A stretch of 64,000 nt of DNA from Octopus vulgaris (GCA_951406725.2 OX597830.1:31062001-31126000); one strand, 5' to 3'; shown: positions 42,202 through 54,698, counted from the stretch's first letter. The notes: generated from the sequence alone by a model not told the origin. A program made the numbers and translations.

Positions 42202-42557
42202 ACACATGTATGTATGCGTTTGTGTGTATACCTATCAACCCCCGCCGTCTCTCAATGGGGCATTGTTTTGTTGTTTTTGTTTTTGTTTCTTTTTTTGCTT
42301 TTTATATATTTTTTTTTCCTAGTGTGTGTTGTTGTATTATATTTTTTATACTAATTATCTTTTAGTTTCTGTTTCTCGTCTGTTGTTGTTCCTTTGTTCA
42401 CTTTACCTTAATTATTATTTTATTTTGTTATTCAAGTCTGCGAATTTTTCTTTACCTTTCTTCATTAATTTTTTCCCCCTCTGCCTCTGTCTCTCTGTCT
42501 CTCTCTCCGCCAGTCTTACATAGACACATGCATAAGTGATATATAGTTCGTTTGTGC

Positions 42558-42619
<62 letters not shown>

Positions 42620-42699
42620 ACATACACACATACACATACAGACGTATACATAATATATTATAAACGTAATGTGTGTGTGTATATAACATACATACATAT

Positions 42700-42870
42700 T
42701 GTTTATTTAAGAAGTTCTCTTTACAACCATGCGGTACCAGGATCGATTCCAGTCAGCGGAACCCCCAGCAAATGCCTTCCTTCTTACTATAGATCTGGGG
42801 TTGACAAACATCTCTGGGGCAGAATTTCAAAGAGATTCTGAACTCGTTCAAGAATGTCATCGTATACGTT
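42700..42870 (+). mobile_element. Degenerate SINE family B 5' part
   Basis: TAAGAAGTT..CAACCATGCGG..GGATCGATTCCAG..CAAATGCCTTC..TACTATAG. Confidence 0.6.
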
Positions 42871-43479
42871 ATGTTTCTAAGGGGGTTGTTTAAAAATCAA
42901 AACGACAAAAAAAAAAAAAAAAATTGTGATATTTCGCTATGTTCCTTACTTATGTTCAGTAACCTAGCGGTTCGACAATCATATATCGAAAAAATATGTG
43001 CCAGGCTAAACCCAAAACCAAATTCGAAGCTGGTAACCTCCGTGCGCGCGCGCGCGTATGTGTACAAGCACACACCTTTATGCTTACGTGGGTATGTGTT
43101 CGTGTCAGGTTGTCTGCCGTTTTTTTTTCTTAGATTCTCGTATTTCTTTTTATTTAATTATATATATTTTTTTGAGGGTGGGCGAAGACAATTGTACTTT
43201 TTATACGCTTATCTGAAGATTTAAACTGGTATTATAATCTATGTGTGTGTGTGTGTGTGTGTATGCATGTGTGTATCTGTTAGTAGTAGTGTGAATATGT
43301 GAATGAGGTAGGTGGGTGTATGTGGTATGTGGTATGTGATCAAATGTTTGCCAAATGAAGAGTCTAGATTGAAACAAAAGAAAAGACAATTAATTGTGTG
43401 TGTGTGTGTTTGTAAGTGTGTGTTTGTGAATGTGCGTGTATGCGCAACTATGTTTTCAGGTGAGAGCACATAACATTCT

Positions 43480-43541
<62 letters not shown>

Positions 43542-43719
43542 GTGTGTGTTGGTATGGATTTACGAACGTACGTGTTTTTATTAAACAAATTAGACAAAAA
43601 TGATACCTGCTCGCCACCCCGGAATTGTTAACATAGCAACGAAGGTAGGGCTCTTTTGTTTCAGTGTACTTTGATACCAAGCCGTCTCACATTTTTGCTA
43701 CACACTCACATACACATAT

Positions 43720-43782
<63 letters not shown>

Positions 43783-44049
43783 GAGAGAGAGAGAGAAGGA
43801 GAGAGATAGTTGATTTTCTTGGAACCGATTCATTTAATATGTATGTACGTGTGTAAGGGGGGGGGGGAGCGATGAAGAGACAGTGATGCATAGATTTGTA
43901 AGTAGGTCCATATATATAAGAGAGTAATTAATATACGACGGACATGTACGCAGAAAACAAATCTAAACACACGACTAAAAAAAAAATAAAGAAACAAAGA
44001 AGAAAGACAATACTAGGCAAAGTACTCCTGTAGAAGTTTCTCTTACAGT

Positions 44050-44325
44050 GTGTGTTACATATGTTTCGGCACAGTTCCCATCTGCCAAATTGCGTTCACC
44101 GGGCATTTTTCGACCCAAAGTTTTAGTGGAAGACACCCAGTCAGAGGGACTGCATTGGCAGTGAGAGAACCCGAAACTAAAGACTTCCGAAGCGAACTTC
44201 TTGACTGAAACCCTGACCGTGGTTATTAATATATATATATATATATATGGAGAGAGAAAGGGAGAGAAAGAGTTCCTTGACTAGTTCTGTTGCATCCCTG
44301 GAGACTTAATCAGAATTCAGACACA

Positions 44326-44378
<53 letters not shown>

Positions 44379-44630
44379 CTTTTACTCGTACTCTCAGGAT
44401 GGGGCCACGCTGGAGCACCGCCAGTTATACACAAGGCGGTTTCATTTACAGGACTTCGGTCGGTCTGCAGCTATAGGTACAACACAGTAGGGCTACATGC
44501 CCGAAAGTGCTACCGCAGCAGGACCGCGAGCCCGAAGGTGCCGCGCAACAGGACTGAATCTGGAGTCAAGTGGATGGGAAGTAAGTTTTATTTTCCCCTC
44601 CACTTACACAACCATGCCAACACCTGCAGT
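44050..44630 (-). mobile_element. Two degenerate SINE family B fragments
   Basis: CCATCTGCCAAATT..GAAGACACCC (44080-44225) and GGCCACGCTGGAGCACCGCC..GGTGCCGCGCAACAGGACTGAA..CACCTGC (44380-44628). Confidence 0.6.
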
Positions 44631-44640
44631 AAACGTATCA

Positions 44641-45021
44641 GGCGCAGGTGTGGCTGTGTGGTAAGTAGCTTGCTAATCAACCACATGGTTCCGGGTTCAG
44701 TCGCACTGTGTGGCATCTTGGGCAAGTGTCTTCTGCTATAGCCTTGTGAGTGGATTTGGTAGACGAAAACTGAAAGAAGCCCGTCGTATATATGTATATA
44801 TATATATGTGTGTATGTTTGAGTGTCTGTGTTTGTCCCCCTAGCATTGCTTGACAACCGATGCTGGTGTGTTTACGTCCTCGTCACTTAGCGGTTCGGCA
44901 AAAGAGACCGATAGAATAAGTACCGGGCTTACAAAAAGAATAAGTCCCGGGGGGTCGATTTGCTCGACTAAAGGCGGTGCTCCAGCATGGCCGCAGTCAA
45001 ATGACTGAAACAAGTAAAAGA

Positions 45022-45022
<1 letters not shown>
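44641..45022 (+). mobile_element. SINE family B, near full length, young
   Basis: tRNA-like head GGCGCAGGTGTGGCTGTGTGGTAAG (A box) and GGTTCAGTC (B-box-like), internal (TA)/(TG) tract, 3' GGCGGTGCTCCAGCATGGCCGCAGTCAAATGACTGAAACAAGTAAAAGAG. Nearly identical to the 61030-61428 copy. Confidence 0.92.
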
Positions 45023-45119
<97 letters not shown>

Positions 45120-45498
45120 TGATGAAATGAGAAATGAGGAAGGTTAAGATGAAGAAGTAAAAGATGCCGCGACAGACTTTGAAGGAGTTGGGTGGGATGG
45201 GAAAGGGAAGGGGAGGTTGGGGAAGTACCAGTGGAGACAGACTACCTATCTGTACAGAACGAAGACAAGCACCACTTCCATGCAGCGCTTCCCCAACACA
45301 TTTACCTCCAGTCTTTCGCTTTCTTTCATCTGATTCCACTTGTGGTGGTTAAACGTTGCTGCTGCTGTTGTTGTTGTTGTTGCTGTTGCAGTTGTTACTT
45401 GCATGTGGTGCACAGTTCGTTAACAAAGATGTTGGTTCTGTTGGTTCTGCTGCTGTTTTTTTTTTTTCAGTTCTTTTTTTTGTGGGGGGGGGGAGGGG

Positions 45499-45542
<44 letters not shown>

Positions 45543-46819
45543 GATGTCAGTTGTTTCTGGCCCTTTTTTTTGTTTGTTTTTTTAGTTTATTTGTTATTTA
45601 ATATCGAGACCCGATACTGCTATATTGCTTTTTGTTTTAATCTACAGGTCTTTTATTTATTTTATTTTAATTGAGAAGGGTGAGAGAGGGGGCGGGGCTG
45701 GGGGAAGAAACATCATAAAAGAGATCAGAATACTAAAGCACTCTACGAGAGCTATAGGGGTGGTCGTGGTGGTGGTGGTGGTGGTGGCGAAAGGGTGCCG
45801 GATTGGTCGGTCGGTGGGTGAGTGAATGAGCGAGTTGACAGGCGGTTAAGTTTACCTAGTTGTGCTACTTCTTCATAGTACACCTCCACCCCGATCCCCC
45901 ACCCCGACCCCCCACCCAGCCTATCATGCTACCAACAGACAGGTATGTAGGTAAACAGAAAGGGTAGAGAAGGTTACGGTAGGTGAGTAATTACGTTGTC
46001 ACTGATTCGCCTTCCTTCCACTGTCAAGATTTTTAATAAAGGAAGCGACTTGAGAGGGTCAGATGTACTTAGGGTAAAAAAAAAAAATAAAAAATAAAAA
46101 CTTGGATTGCTACACCTGACAGAAAAAAATGGTTAGCATTAAAATAGCGACAAGGGATATTAGAACCAGTGGAAGAATGGGCTGTCTTTCTCACACAATC
46201 AACACAGAATGTCTAATTGCGATTCTGGCCAGCAGCCCTCCTCTCGAATTTCAGGCCTTGTGCCTACAGCAGAAAATGTTATTTATCAACGAGAGAATAC
46301 CGCTCGCAAATACCAACCATATATTTCATTTCGCTTAACCGCGTAATTATTTCTATTTAGCTTTTCGATAATTACAGTATTGAATAGGCTATCACTAACC
46401 TAACTATTGTTTTTCACAGCAGATGTCGTCTCTGGGTAGTTCCGATTCCGTGATACGTCTGTTGTTTGTAGGCTAAGTTACACCAGACACCGCAGAATGA
46501 CACCAATGCCTAAAATACTCTTCCGTTTCGCGCACACAAGCAGTCAACCGAACGATTTAAGTGCAATCCACAGATCCAGATATATCACACTTCCGCCTAT
46601 TCAGGCGACCGAAGTTGATGATCTGATCTAGTTAGTTAATCAGATCTTCCCTAGAGATAGACTACAACAGCTATAGCTATAATGCAGTTTTCTGTTTTGT
46701 CACTGAGAAATATATATATATATATATTCACATAAAGGTAAACGACCGGTGCACTAAAGTCAGGGTTGTTGTCACAACAAAAGCAGGAAGCTTTCTATTT
46801 GCTAAAGACATAGAATTAA

Positions 46820-47005
46820 TGTTACTGGTGTTTAGCCCCGGGCCAGACTTGATCAAGCAGACGATTCAGTGAGGACCATCCTGTTTTATAGTGGTGTATA
46901 AGAATGCGTAAATAAGTGTTTTCCTTCTTCAAAATAGTGTAGTGTGGTGTGGTCCGAGGGAGATTTGGCTGTTCTTTCTAGCATGTCGAGCGACCGCAGA
47001 AAGGC
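46820..47005 (-). mobile_element. Repeat family C
   Basis: GTTTAGCCCCGGGCCAG..TGATCAAGCAGAC..GGAGATTTGGCTGTTCTTTCTAGCATGTCGAGCGACC. Confidence 0.75.
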
Positions 47006-47499
47006 TAAGGTTGTTACACAAAGAAAGTTGTTACGCAAGGTCGTTACACAAACACCACACGCAGTGTTTGATTGATGCAAAGACACGCGTCTGATGGGGG
47101 CCAAAACATAAAGCTGTTGTTACACAAATTATTCAACTCTACTACACAGCACAAAACAAAATAAAAAGGAAAAAGAATTACAGTGTTGGTAAGAAAAATC
47201 ACAAGGGGTTTGACAGAAAGGCTGTCACACAAATATACAATATTGTTACACAAACATGCAAAAGTTGTTTTAGATAAAGACACGTGCTCGGTGTACTAGA
47301 GCCCATAAAAACGCGAGGATGTCGTCACACAACTATCAGCGCCTGCTTCACAAAACCATACGAAAAGGCGCAAGAGTTTTGACAGAAAGACATAAAAACG
47401 AAGGCTGTTCCAGTAACAAAAAAGAAAAAGATGGCGGAACTTATACATTCAAAGACGATGAACAAAGGGCGAGATTGTTATGTCAGACGCATAACGAGC

Positions 47500-47698
47500 T
47501 AAGGAGAAAGCCTCTACACGTAACTCGACCTATTAGAAACAGTAGCTATATCTCCCCCCCAAATCACTCTCAAACATCGTGTGAAAGAAAACATTGAATA
47601 ACGTAGCGCCTAATATAACATCGAGGTCATGGCTGGAAGGCTCTTGATCATAGCGATCATCAAATTGTGTTGGCCTGGGGCTAAACGATAACATCAAT
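47500..47698 (+). mobile_element. Repeat family C
   Basis: GCCTCTAC..CTCGACCTATTAGAAACAG..CAAATCAC..TTGATCATAG..GGCCTGGGGCTAAAC. Confidence 0.75.
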
Positions 47699-47926
47699 AC
47701 ACTATTATAGAAACAAACAATGTTTTCTTTGACGATTTTTTCTCATGTCATTAATTTTGATTTAGCTTGTTTTATTATACCCAGAGTTCACTTATCGATT
47801 AACTCCCCTGTCACTGGTTTTCAAGAAAAAAAAACTACCCAACCCTACGAGAATTTAATGGGTGAGTTGACTACTGACCAATTATGATATAACGTAAATA
47901 TTGACTAATTGAGTGGAAATCAATAC

Positions 47927-47963
<37 letters not shown>

Positions 47964-47973
47964 TGATGATGAT

Positions 47974-48270
47974 AAAAGTCGAGAGATATGACAGGTTAGC
48001 TTGGGAAGTTAAGCAGTTGTGGTCGATGAAAAAGGTAGCAGTAGTACCAATAATTGTCGGAGCCCTGGGTACAGTGAGCAAAAATCTCGAGAAGTACGTG
48101 GAACAAATAGGGGCTGCAATAAGGGTAGAGCACTTGCAGAAAACAGCACTGCTTGGAACCGCTCGAATACTATGGAAGGTCCTCGAAAAATAAGAGGTGT
48201 TATCTGAGTTCACTGGTAGTGAACAACTGACACTGTAATACATCTCCAGCGTTAGAAGCTGTGCAAAGGC
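47974..48270 (+). mobile_element. 5'-truncated R4/Dong-clade (RLE-endonuclease) non-LTR retrotransposon inserted in (AAT)n
   Basis: Uninterrupted C-terminus KVERYDRLAWEVKQLWSMKKVAVVPIIVGALGTVSKNLEKYVEQIGAAIRVEHLQKTALLGTARILWKVLEK* (stop at 48193) matches K..KY..L..E...LW.....VVP.VVGALG...LQK..LLGTARILR.VL. It has a 77-nt 3'UTR and (AAT)n on both flanks. Confidence 0.88.
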
Positions 48271-48331
<61 letters not shown>

Positions 48332-48744
48332 TAACGATAATAATACTTTCCTTATTGGCTACAAGGGCCAAACACAAAAATAGGGATAAAAATAATAATA
48401 ATGGTTTCAAATATTATTATTATTATTATTATTGATGTTGTTGTTGTTATACATCTAAAGCAAAGCGATTTGCATTGAACACTGTGCCTGCACTATACGC
48501 ACGCACACACACACACACACACAAATAATACATAGTGTTCTGTGTTCCTTGAAGACACGCTTGTAAATGCATTGTATAATTAACAAGTGTACCTACAACC
48601 AGTAGACATTCAACCCACACAGGACCTACGCAAGCATACATGGTTTCCGATAAAAAGATTTAAAAGGTGGGAAAAGGCTGCTTTTGGGCGATAGGAAAGG
48701 AAAGGATCTCTCAGAATTCAAAATGAGGTTTGATGGGCATCTTT

Positions 48745-48886
48745 AATTATGTATTTCGCCCGTGGCTACGTTCTGAGTTCAAATTCCGTCGAGGTTGACT
48801 TTGCCTTTCACCTTTTCGAGGTCGATAAATTATATACCAGTGAAACACTGGGGTCCATGTAATCGACAAGACCCCTCCCCGAAAGG
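48745..48886 (+). mobile_element. SINE family A, partial
   Basis: CGTTCTGAGTTCAAATTCCGTCGAGGTTGACTTTGCCTTTCACC..GTCGATAAA, followed by (ATT)n. Confidence 0.85.
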
Positions 48887-48905
48887 ATTATTATTATTAT
48901 TATTA

Positions 48906-48956
<51 letters not shown>

Positions 48957-49051
48957 GGGGAGGTCCCAGCAGATAGTCATGAACCCCTCTTTGGATGTCC
49001 GGGATCTGGAAGGACCCACGCCTAGTGCACGGAAACTGAAAGAAGCCTACG

Positions 49052-49347
49052 TGGAGACGTGTAGCATAGTCATCAGGATGTTGCACTCACGATTGCCCGA
49101 TGGTGGGTTCGATTCGTGAATCGGGCGGTGTGTTGTGTTCTTGAGTAAAGCGCTTCATTTCACGTTGCTCCGGTCTACTCAGCTGGTAAATGGGTAACCC
49201 AGCGACGGAAGGGTCTTCCAATCACGGGTAATTGTTGGCCTGTTCACCCACCCAGCGGGGTGGCAACAGCCCGAGACTAAAAATAATGCCAAGCGTATTG
49301 TGACCAGCGATGTATAACAACATCCGATAGTCTGGTCAATACCGTGC
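49052..49347 (+). mobile_element. tRNA-derived SINE family D (V/Meta-like central domain)
   Basis: A-box-like TAGCATAGTC, B-box GGTTCGATTCG, core GTGTTGTGTTCTTGAGTAAAGCGCTTCATTTCACGTTGCTCCGGTCTACTCAGCTG. Domain name assigned from memory. Confidence 0.65.
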
Positions 49348-49386
<39 letters not shown>

Positions 49387-50837
49387 ATAAATGTGTTTGC
49401 GAGTGTGTGTTGGTGTATGTGTGGGTGCGTGCGCAAATGCCTACCTACGCTGATAAACACACACATACACGAAACAAAACTAACAATTATGACACCTACA
49501 CACCGAACACCAAACACACGTTCCTCACAAACAACAAAATGAGGTTGCAGCAAATTCAATGATTTTTTTTTCTTCCTTTTTTCAGAGCCAAACAAATAAA
49601 ATGAATTTAACTGTAAAAAAAAAAAAAAAATTTCAAACACAATAAGAAAACAACACACACACACACACACACAGCATCAAACCTCAACCACTTTCAATAG
49701 CGGGTGTGGTTAAACTAAAAATTAAAAGATATTGATTGTATGTAACAATATATATTTTCGACAAAAAGAAAACAAAACAGAGGAAAAAGTCTAAACGGTG
49801 CCTTTTTTATATTTTATTTTTTTCAACTTCACACGGATTAGACGCCAACTTCTAAACTATAGGCGACTGCAAGCAAGACTGGAAGTCTATAGATTCTGAG
49901 CTGACTCTGTGTACTGCATATCTCACATATGAGCACATACATAACAAGCGTGTGTATATATATATATAATATATATATATTATATGTATATGCTCACATG
50001 TCTATACACACAGTCGCACATATAAATATATATACCGCATATAAGAAGATCGCACACACACATGCGCGCGCGTGTGAATATGTCTGGGAGTAAGGCTGTT
50101 AATGGGTCTCTATTAACCGCCCCCTTTTTAACTAACAGCATTACAGGATCTGGCACCTTAACAGTCGTACCACCTGTGTACGTGTGTTTCTATGTTTTTT
50201 CCTGGTATATCTTCAGCACCTTCATTCTGTCTCTGTGAGAAATACACCCACAAACACACACACACACTCTTCTCTCTCTGTATGAGTGTGTGTATGTGTG
50301 TGTGTGTGTGTAACGAAAGTGCGTTTGAGAGGCAGCAAGACTTGGGGTACCTCATCTTCTTCCACATGTAATGTACCTCCACACCCGCAGCAATAAATGC
50401 AATTGGTAATAAACGTCTGCCTTCTAACTCGACGCTGAAACAACCTAACACCTGTCACCTCACCAACCAACTACCATCACCAATTATCGTCTGGACCGAC
50501 CAACGAACGGCGCTATGGAGACGCTCGGCGTGCTAGAAGTAGTAGCCAAACCTTCTTCATGTTGAAGAACAAAGAAAAAAAAAAGAAAAAGAAACAAAAG
50601 GAGGAACACATTAGACAATGCAGAGCATAGATAATACATGATCAATGCTAATCTAGAGTTAATCAACAACAACAGCCAGCATCGTTTAGACGTTTATTCA
50701 TTATATGCGTCTGTCATTAATGGGACCCTACACCTCCGTACTATCTCCCCCACCTTCATCTTCACCATTCAAACCAGCCGATGTACTTTCGTGTTCTTCA
50801 TTTTGCTATGCCACCTTCGATGTCAATTCTCCTTGTG

Positions 50838-50984
50838 GGGCGTATGGGTAAGTACTTTGTTTCCAAACCACATGGATTTTGAGTTCAGTTCCATTACGTG
50901 ACACTTTGACCAAGTGTCTTCGATAACCCATTGGCCTTGTGAGTGGATTTGGTGGACGGAAATTGAAAGAAGCCCGTTGTAAAC

Positions 50985-51030
<46 letters not shown>

Positions 51031-51237
51031 ATGTGTGGATTTGTGTTTGACCCACACCACCACCGCTTGACGACCGGTGCTGGTTTGTTTACGCCATGTA
51101 GCTTAGCGGTTCGGTTCGAAATAGACCGATATGATAAAATACCAGGGTTAAACAAATATGTAGTGGGGTTGATTTCTTCGCCAAAACTCTTCAAGGCGGT
51201 GCTCCGGCATGGTTGAAATCCACTGACAGAAAGAAGT

Positions 51238-51240
<3 letters not shown>
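50838..51240 (+). mobile_element. SINE family B
   Basis: Colinear with the 44641 copy, including the internal (TG)n and AAGGCGGTGCTCCGGCATGG. Confidence 0.9.
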
Positions 51241-51323
<83 letters not shown>

Positions 51324-51568
51324 TATATGTATATTATTTTAATTTCTTTGCCTTGATTTATTTTCAGTTTATACCATTCATATACGCATGTACGCATTCA
51401 TAGAATGTGCCTTTATAAACGCATTCATATATACACATGTACATATATACACAATGTGCCTCATAAATTTCTCAGATTTTTAATTACAGTCCAATATCAC
51501 ATGCTGATTTACTCATCGGTGTGTGTGTGTGTGTGTGTGTGTAATACGTATAGCAACATTATAAATAT

Positions 51569-51608
<40 letters not shown>

Positions 51609-52463
51609 TCACATACACACACACACTCACAGAATGAAATTTGGTCGGTCAGGGAAGAAATGCCAGTTAATTACATCTTACTAAGACAAAGTCTGCAGCA
51701 TTCAAATCTATCTGCCAGTCTATATATCGATCAGGCTGTGCGTGATCGGAAGATGTTAATCGATATCTACGAAAGTGACCGACAAAGAAGATAGAGGAGA
51801 GAGTTAGATTCATTGAGACGGTTTGATGAGGTATAAGGGGGGAAAGAATAACAAAAGCTAACAAAAAGAACAGTTATAGAAAGGTGAAAGAAAGAAAGTG
51901 AGTTCTGTTGAGGAGAGAGTAAAAAGAGAAGTAGATATAGAGATAAGGAAGATGTGAGTGGTGGTGGTGGTGGTGGTAGAAGTGGATGATAAGGGGTTGC
52001 CAGCGAAAAATCTGAGAAGTGAAATGTAACCAAAGTGAAGAGAAAGGAGACAAAGAACATAAACGGCAAATACAACAACGAACGAACGTGTGTTTGTGTG
52101 TTTGTATGTGTGTGTGTGTGTGTGTCCGTCCGAGAGAAATTCGTCAGAGATATAAAAGAATATTGACTACTTTTAAGAATCTGGAAGGAGAGGCCTGGAA
52201 AATAAATTCAGTGGGCCCGATATGTGGTTTATTTTTAGGATGAAACCCCTGAAATACGTCTCGGGCCCATGGACAAATTAGAAAACTTCTTAGCATATAT
52301 ATATATGTGTGTGTGTGTGTGGTGCGTGGGATGGATGGATGGATGGATGGATGGATGGATGGATGGACGGACGGACGGACGGACGGACGGACGGAATGAG
52401 AGAGAGAGAGAGAGAGGTAGTAACATCGACATGAAAACGTATTTAATAATAATAATAATAGCA

Positions 52464-52876
52464 ATCCTTTCTACTATTGACACAAGGCCTGGAATTTTGT
52501 AGGTGGGGGATAATCGATTACATCAACTACAGTGCGTAACTAGTACCTCATTTATCAACCCCCGAAAGGATGAAAGGTAAAGTAGAGACCTTGACAGAAA
52601 TTGCACTCAGAACATAGCGACGAGCAAAATACTGCTACCCATTTCGTCCAGCGTGCTAACGATTCTGCCAGCTCGCCGCCTTTTTAGTAATAATAATAAT
52701 AATAATAATGATAATAATAATCCTTCAGTGTTTCACTGGTAGTTAATTTATCGACTCCGAAAGAATGAAAGGTAAAGTCAACCTCAACGGAATTTGAACT
52801 CAGAAAGGTAACCTCGGGCGGAATACCGCTAAGTATTTCGTCCAGCGTGCTAACGATTCTACCAGCTCGCCGACTT
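52464..52876 (-). mobile_element. Two tandem SINE family A copies in (AAT)n
   Basis: 52464-52682 and ~52722-52876, each ending GCTAACGATTCT(G/A)CCAGCTCGCCG and flanked by (AAT)n. Confidence 0.9.
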
Positions 52877-52880
52877 TTAA

Positions 52881-52915
<35 letters not shown>

Positions 52916-53835
52916 GCTAAATAAAAGAGGTACTGTGGCACGTATGCAACTAAAATTACTTGATCTAATATCCCAAACACACTATCGTTTTATTTAATGT
53001 TACACGTTGTATAATTAGTGTGTTGCGATATAATTAGTGTTGTTGAGCGGTAGTTCGTGTATTTAGTTTTTTTAAAGCATTTTGAATTAAACGCAAATAT
53101 TTCTCATCTTCCTCTATTATTAGCATTCTTCCTTTCTAATTCATCTCTCTTATTTAATCCTCCTCTCTCTCTCTCTCGATACATTTTCGCCAACAAGAAC
53201 CGTCAAACAATGAAAGAATATGTAAAGGTGTTTTTTTTTCGTCTTTTTTTACACTTCAAAACTCCACCAAGCATTTTAATAATCGCTAACCACCAATACG
53301 AACCAATAATATATACCGTAACCAATACTATCACTACAACCATGACGACGACCACCGCCACCACCACCACTACTACTAGAACCGCTGCTGCTGCCGTCAA
53401 CACCATTGCCAACTGTGCAAGTAAACTTTCAAACTAGTTGACAGTAAAGAAAGAAAAGAAAAAAAAGAAAAAAAGAAGAAGGCAAATAATGAATGAATGA
53501 AAGCGAAATAGACAGAGAAAAGAAAGAAAGGCGAATTAACCTTCTCCTCCCCTCAACACCATAACAAATCACTACTGTAATTTATCATGAAGACAATGGT
53601 TGCTAAGATACGCCGCTTTTTGGTCAGTTATCTCCGCCATTTTGTCTTATTTCCCTTTCTCTCTCTCTATCTCTCACTCTCTCTCCCTCGCTCGCTCTCC
53701 TTCCGTCTCTCTCTCTCTCTTACGCTTTCTCTCTACATTTATTTTCACCATCAGATTTTTCTTCTTTCTTCAGAAAAAAACAAAAAAGAAAGGGAAGGAA
53801 GATAACCGAACTAAAAATAACAAAAACAAAATAAC

Positions 53836-53867
<32 letters not shown>

Positions 53868-54465
53868 TGAAAAAAATAACTTTAACAGAAAACCAAGCAA
53901 CTTTGTTTTCCTGTCAATTTTGTTCGGTTCAATAAGACGAAATGCGGGTTGTTTTGTAAAGTGAGAGCCGGATGTTACGAATGGTGATGATGCAATTCTC
54001 TCTCTCTCTCTCTCTCTCTACTCTCTCGCACACACCCTCCTATTTCTTGTATTGTTTCAATGTAAATTACTTTGCTTGCTTATTCGACGATAAACACCGT
54101 AACTGATAGACACACACACACACACATACACATTCGAGTAAAGTATATAATTGCACGTAAGTCCACGAACATATATGCCTAGATATTTTGAAACTCACAC
54201 AAGAAACTGAAGTTCAGAAGTTCAGTTCCAGCTAAGCGCCTCTCGTAATCAAATTCACCAAAGTCACTGGAAGCAGAACAGGTTTTGTTGAAGCTACACA
54301 CGTGGTTTGGTGAGACCAGTGTTGTTGTTGCTGTTGGAGGCGATGTTAGGGTGTTATATACACACTTAGAGATGGTGTCAGTGTATATAAGCTCTTAGTG
54401 ACGATGTTGCAGTTACCAATGTGCAATGGATTCAAGTACTGATGTTGTTATTGCTACCATTGGTA

Positions 54466-54698
54466 AAGGCGGCAAGCTGGCAGAACCGTTAGCACGCCGG
54501 GCGAAATGCCTAGCCGTATTTCGTATGGCGTTACGTTCTGAGTTCAAATTCCGCCGAGGTTGACTTTGCCTTTCATCCTTTCGGGGTCGATAAATAAAGT
54601 ACCAGTTTCGCACTGGGGGCGATGTAATCAACTTAATCCCTTTGTCTGTCCTTGTTTGTCCCCTCTGTGTTTAGCCCCTTGTGGGTAATAAAGAAACA
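54466..54698 (+). mobile_element. Full-length SINE family A (tail type 2) with target-site duplication
   Basis: GGCGGCAAGCTGGCAGAACCGTTAG..GAGTTCAAATTCC..GCCTTTCATCCTTTCGGGGTCGATAAA..GCCCCTTGTGGGTAATAAAGAAA. TSD TATTGCTACCATT at 54449-54461 and 54699-54711. Confidence 0.92.

Noticed and set aside
44641-44720. tRNA gene-like A/B boxes (also at 54466 and 49052)
   Set aside because: They are SINE heads that continue into SINE bodies; no complete cloverleaf is evident.
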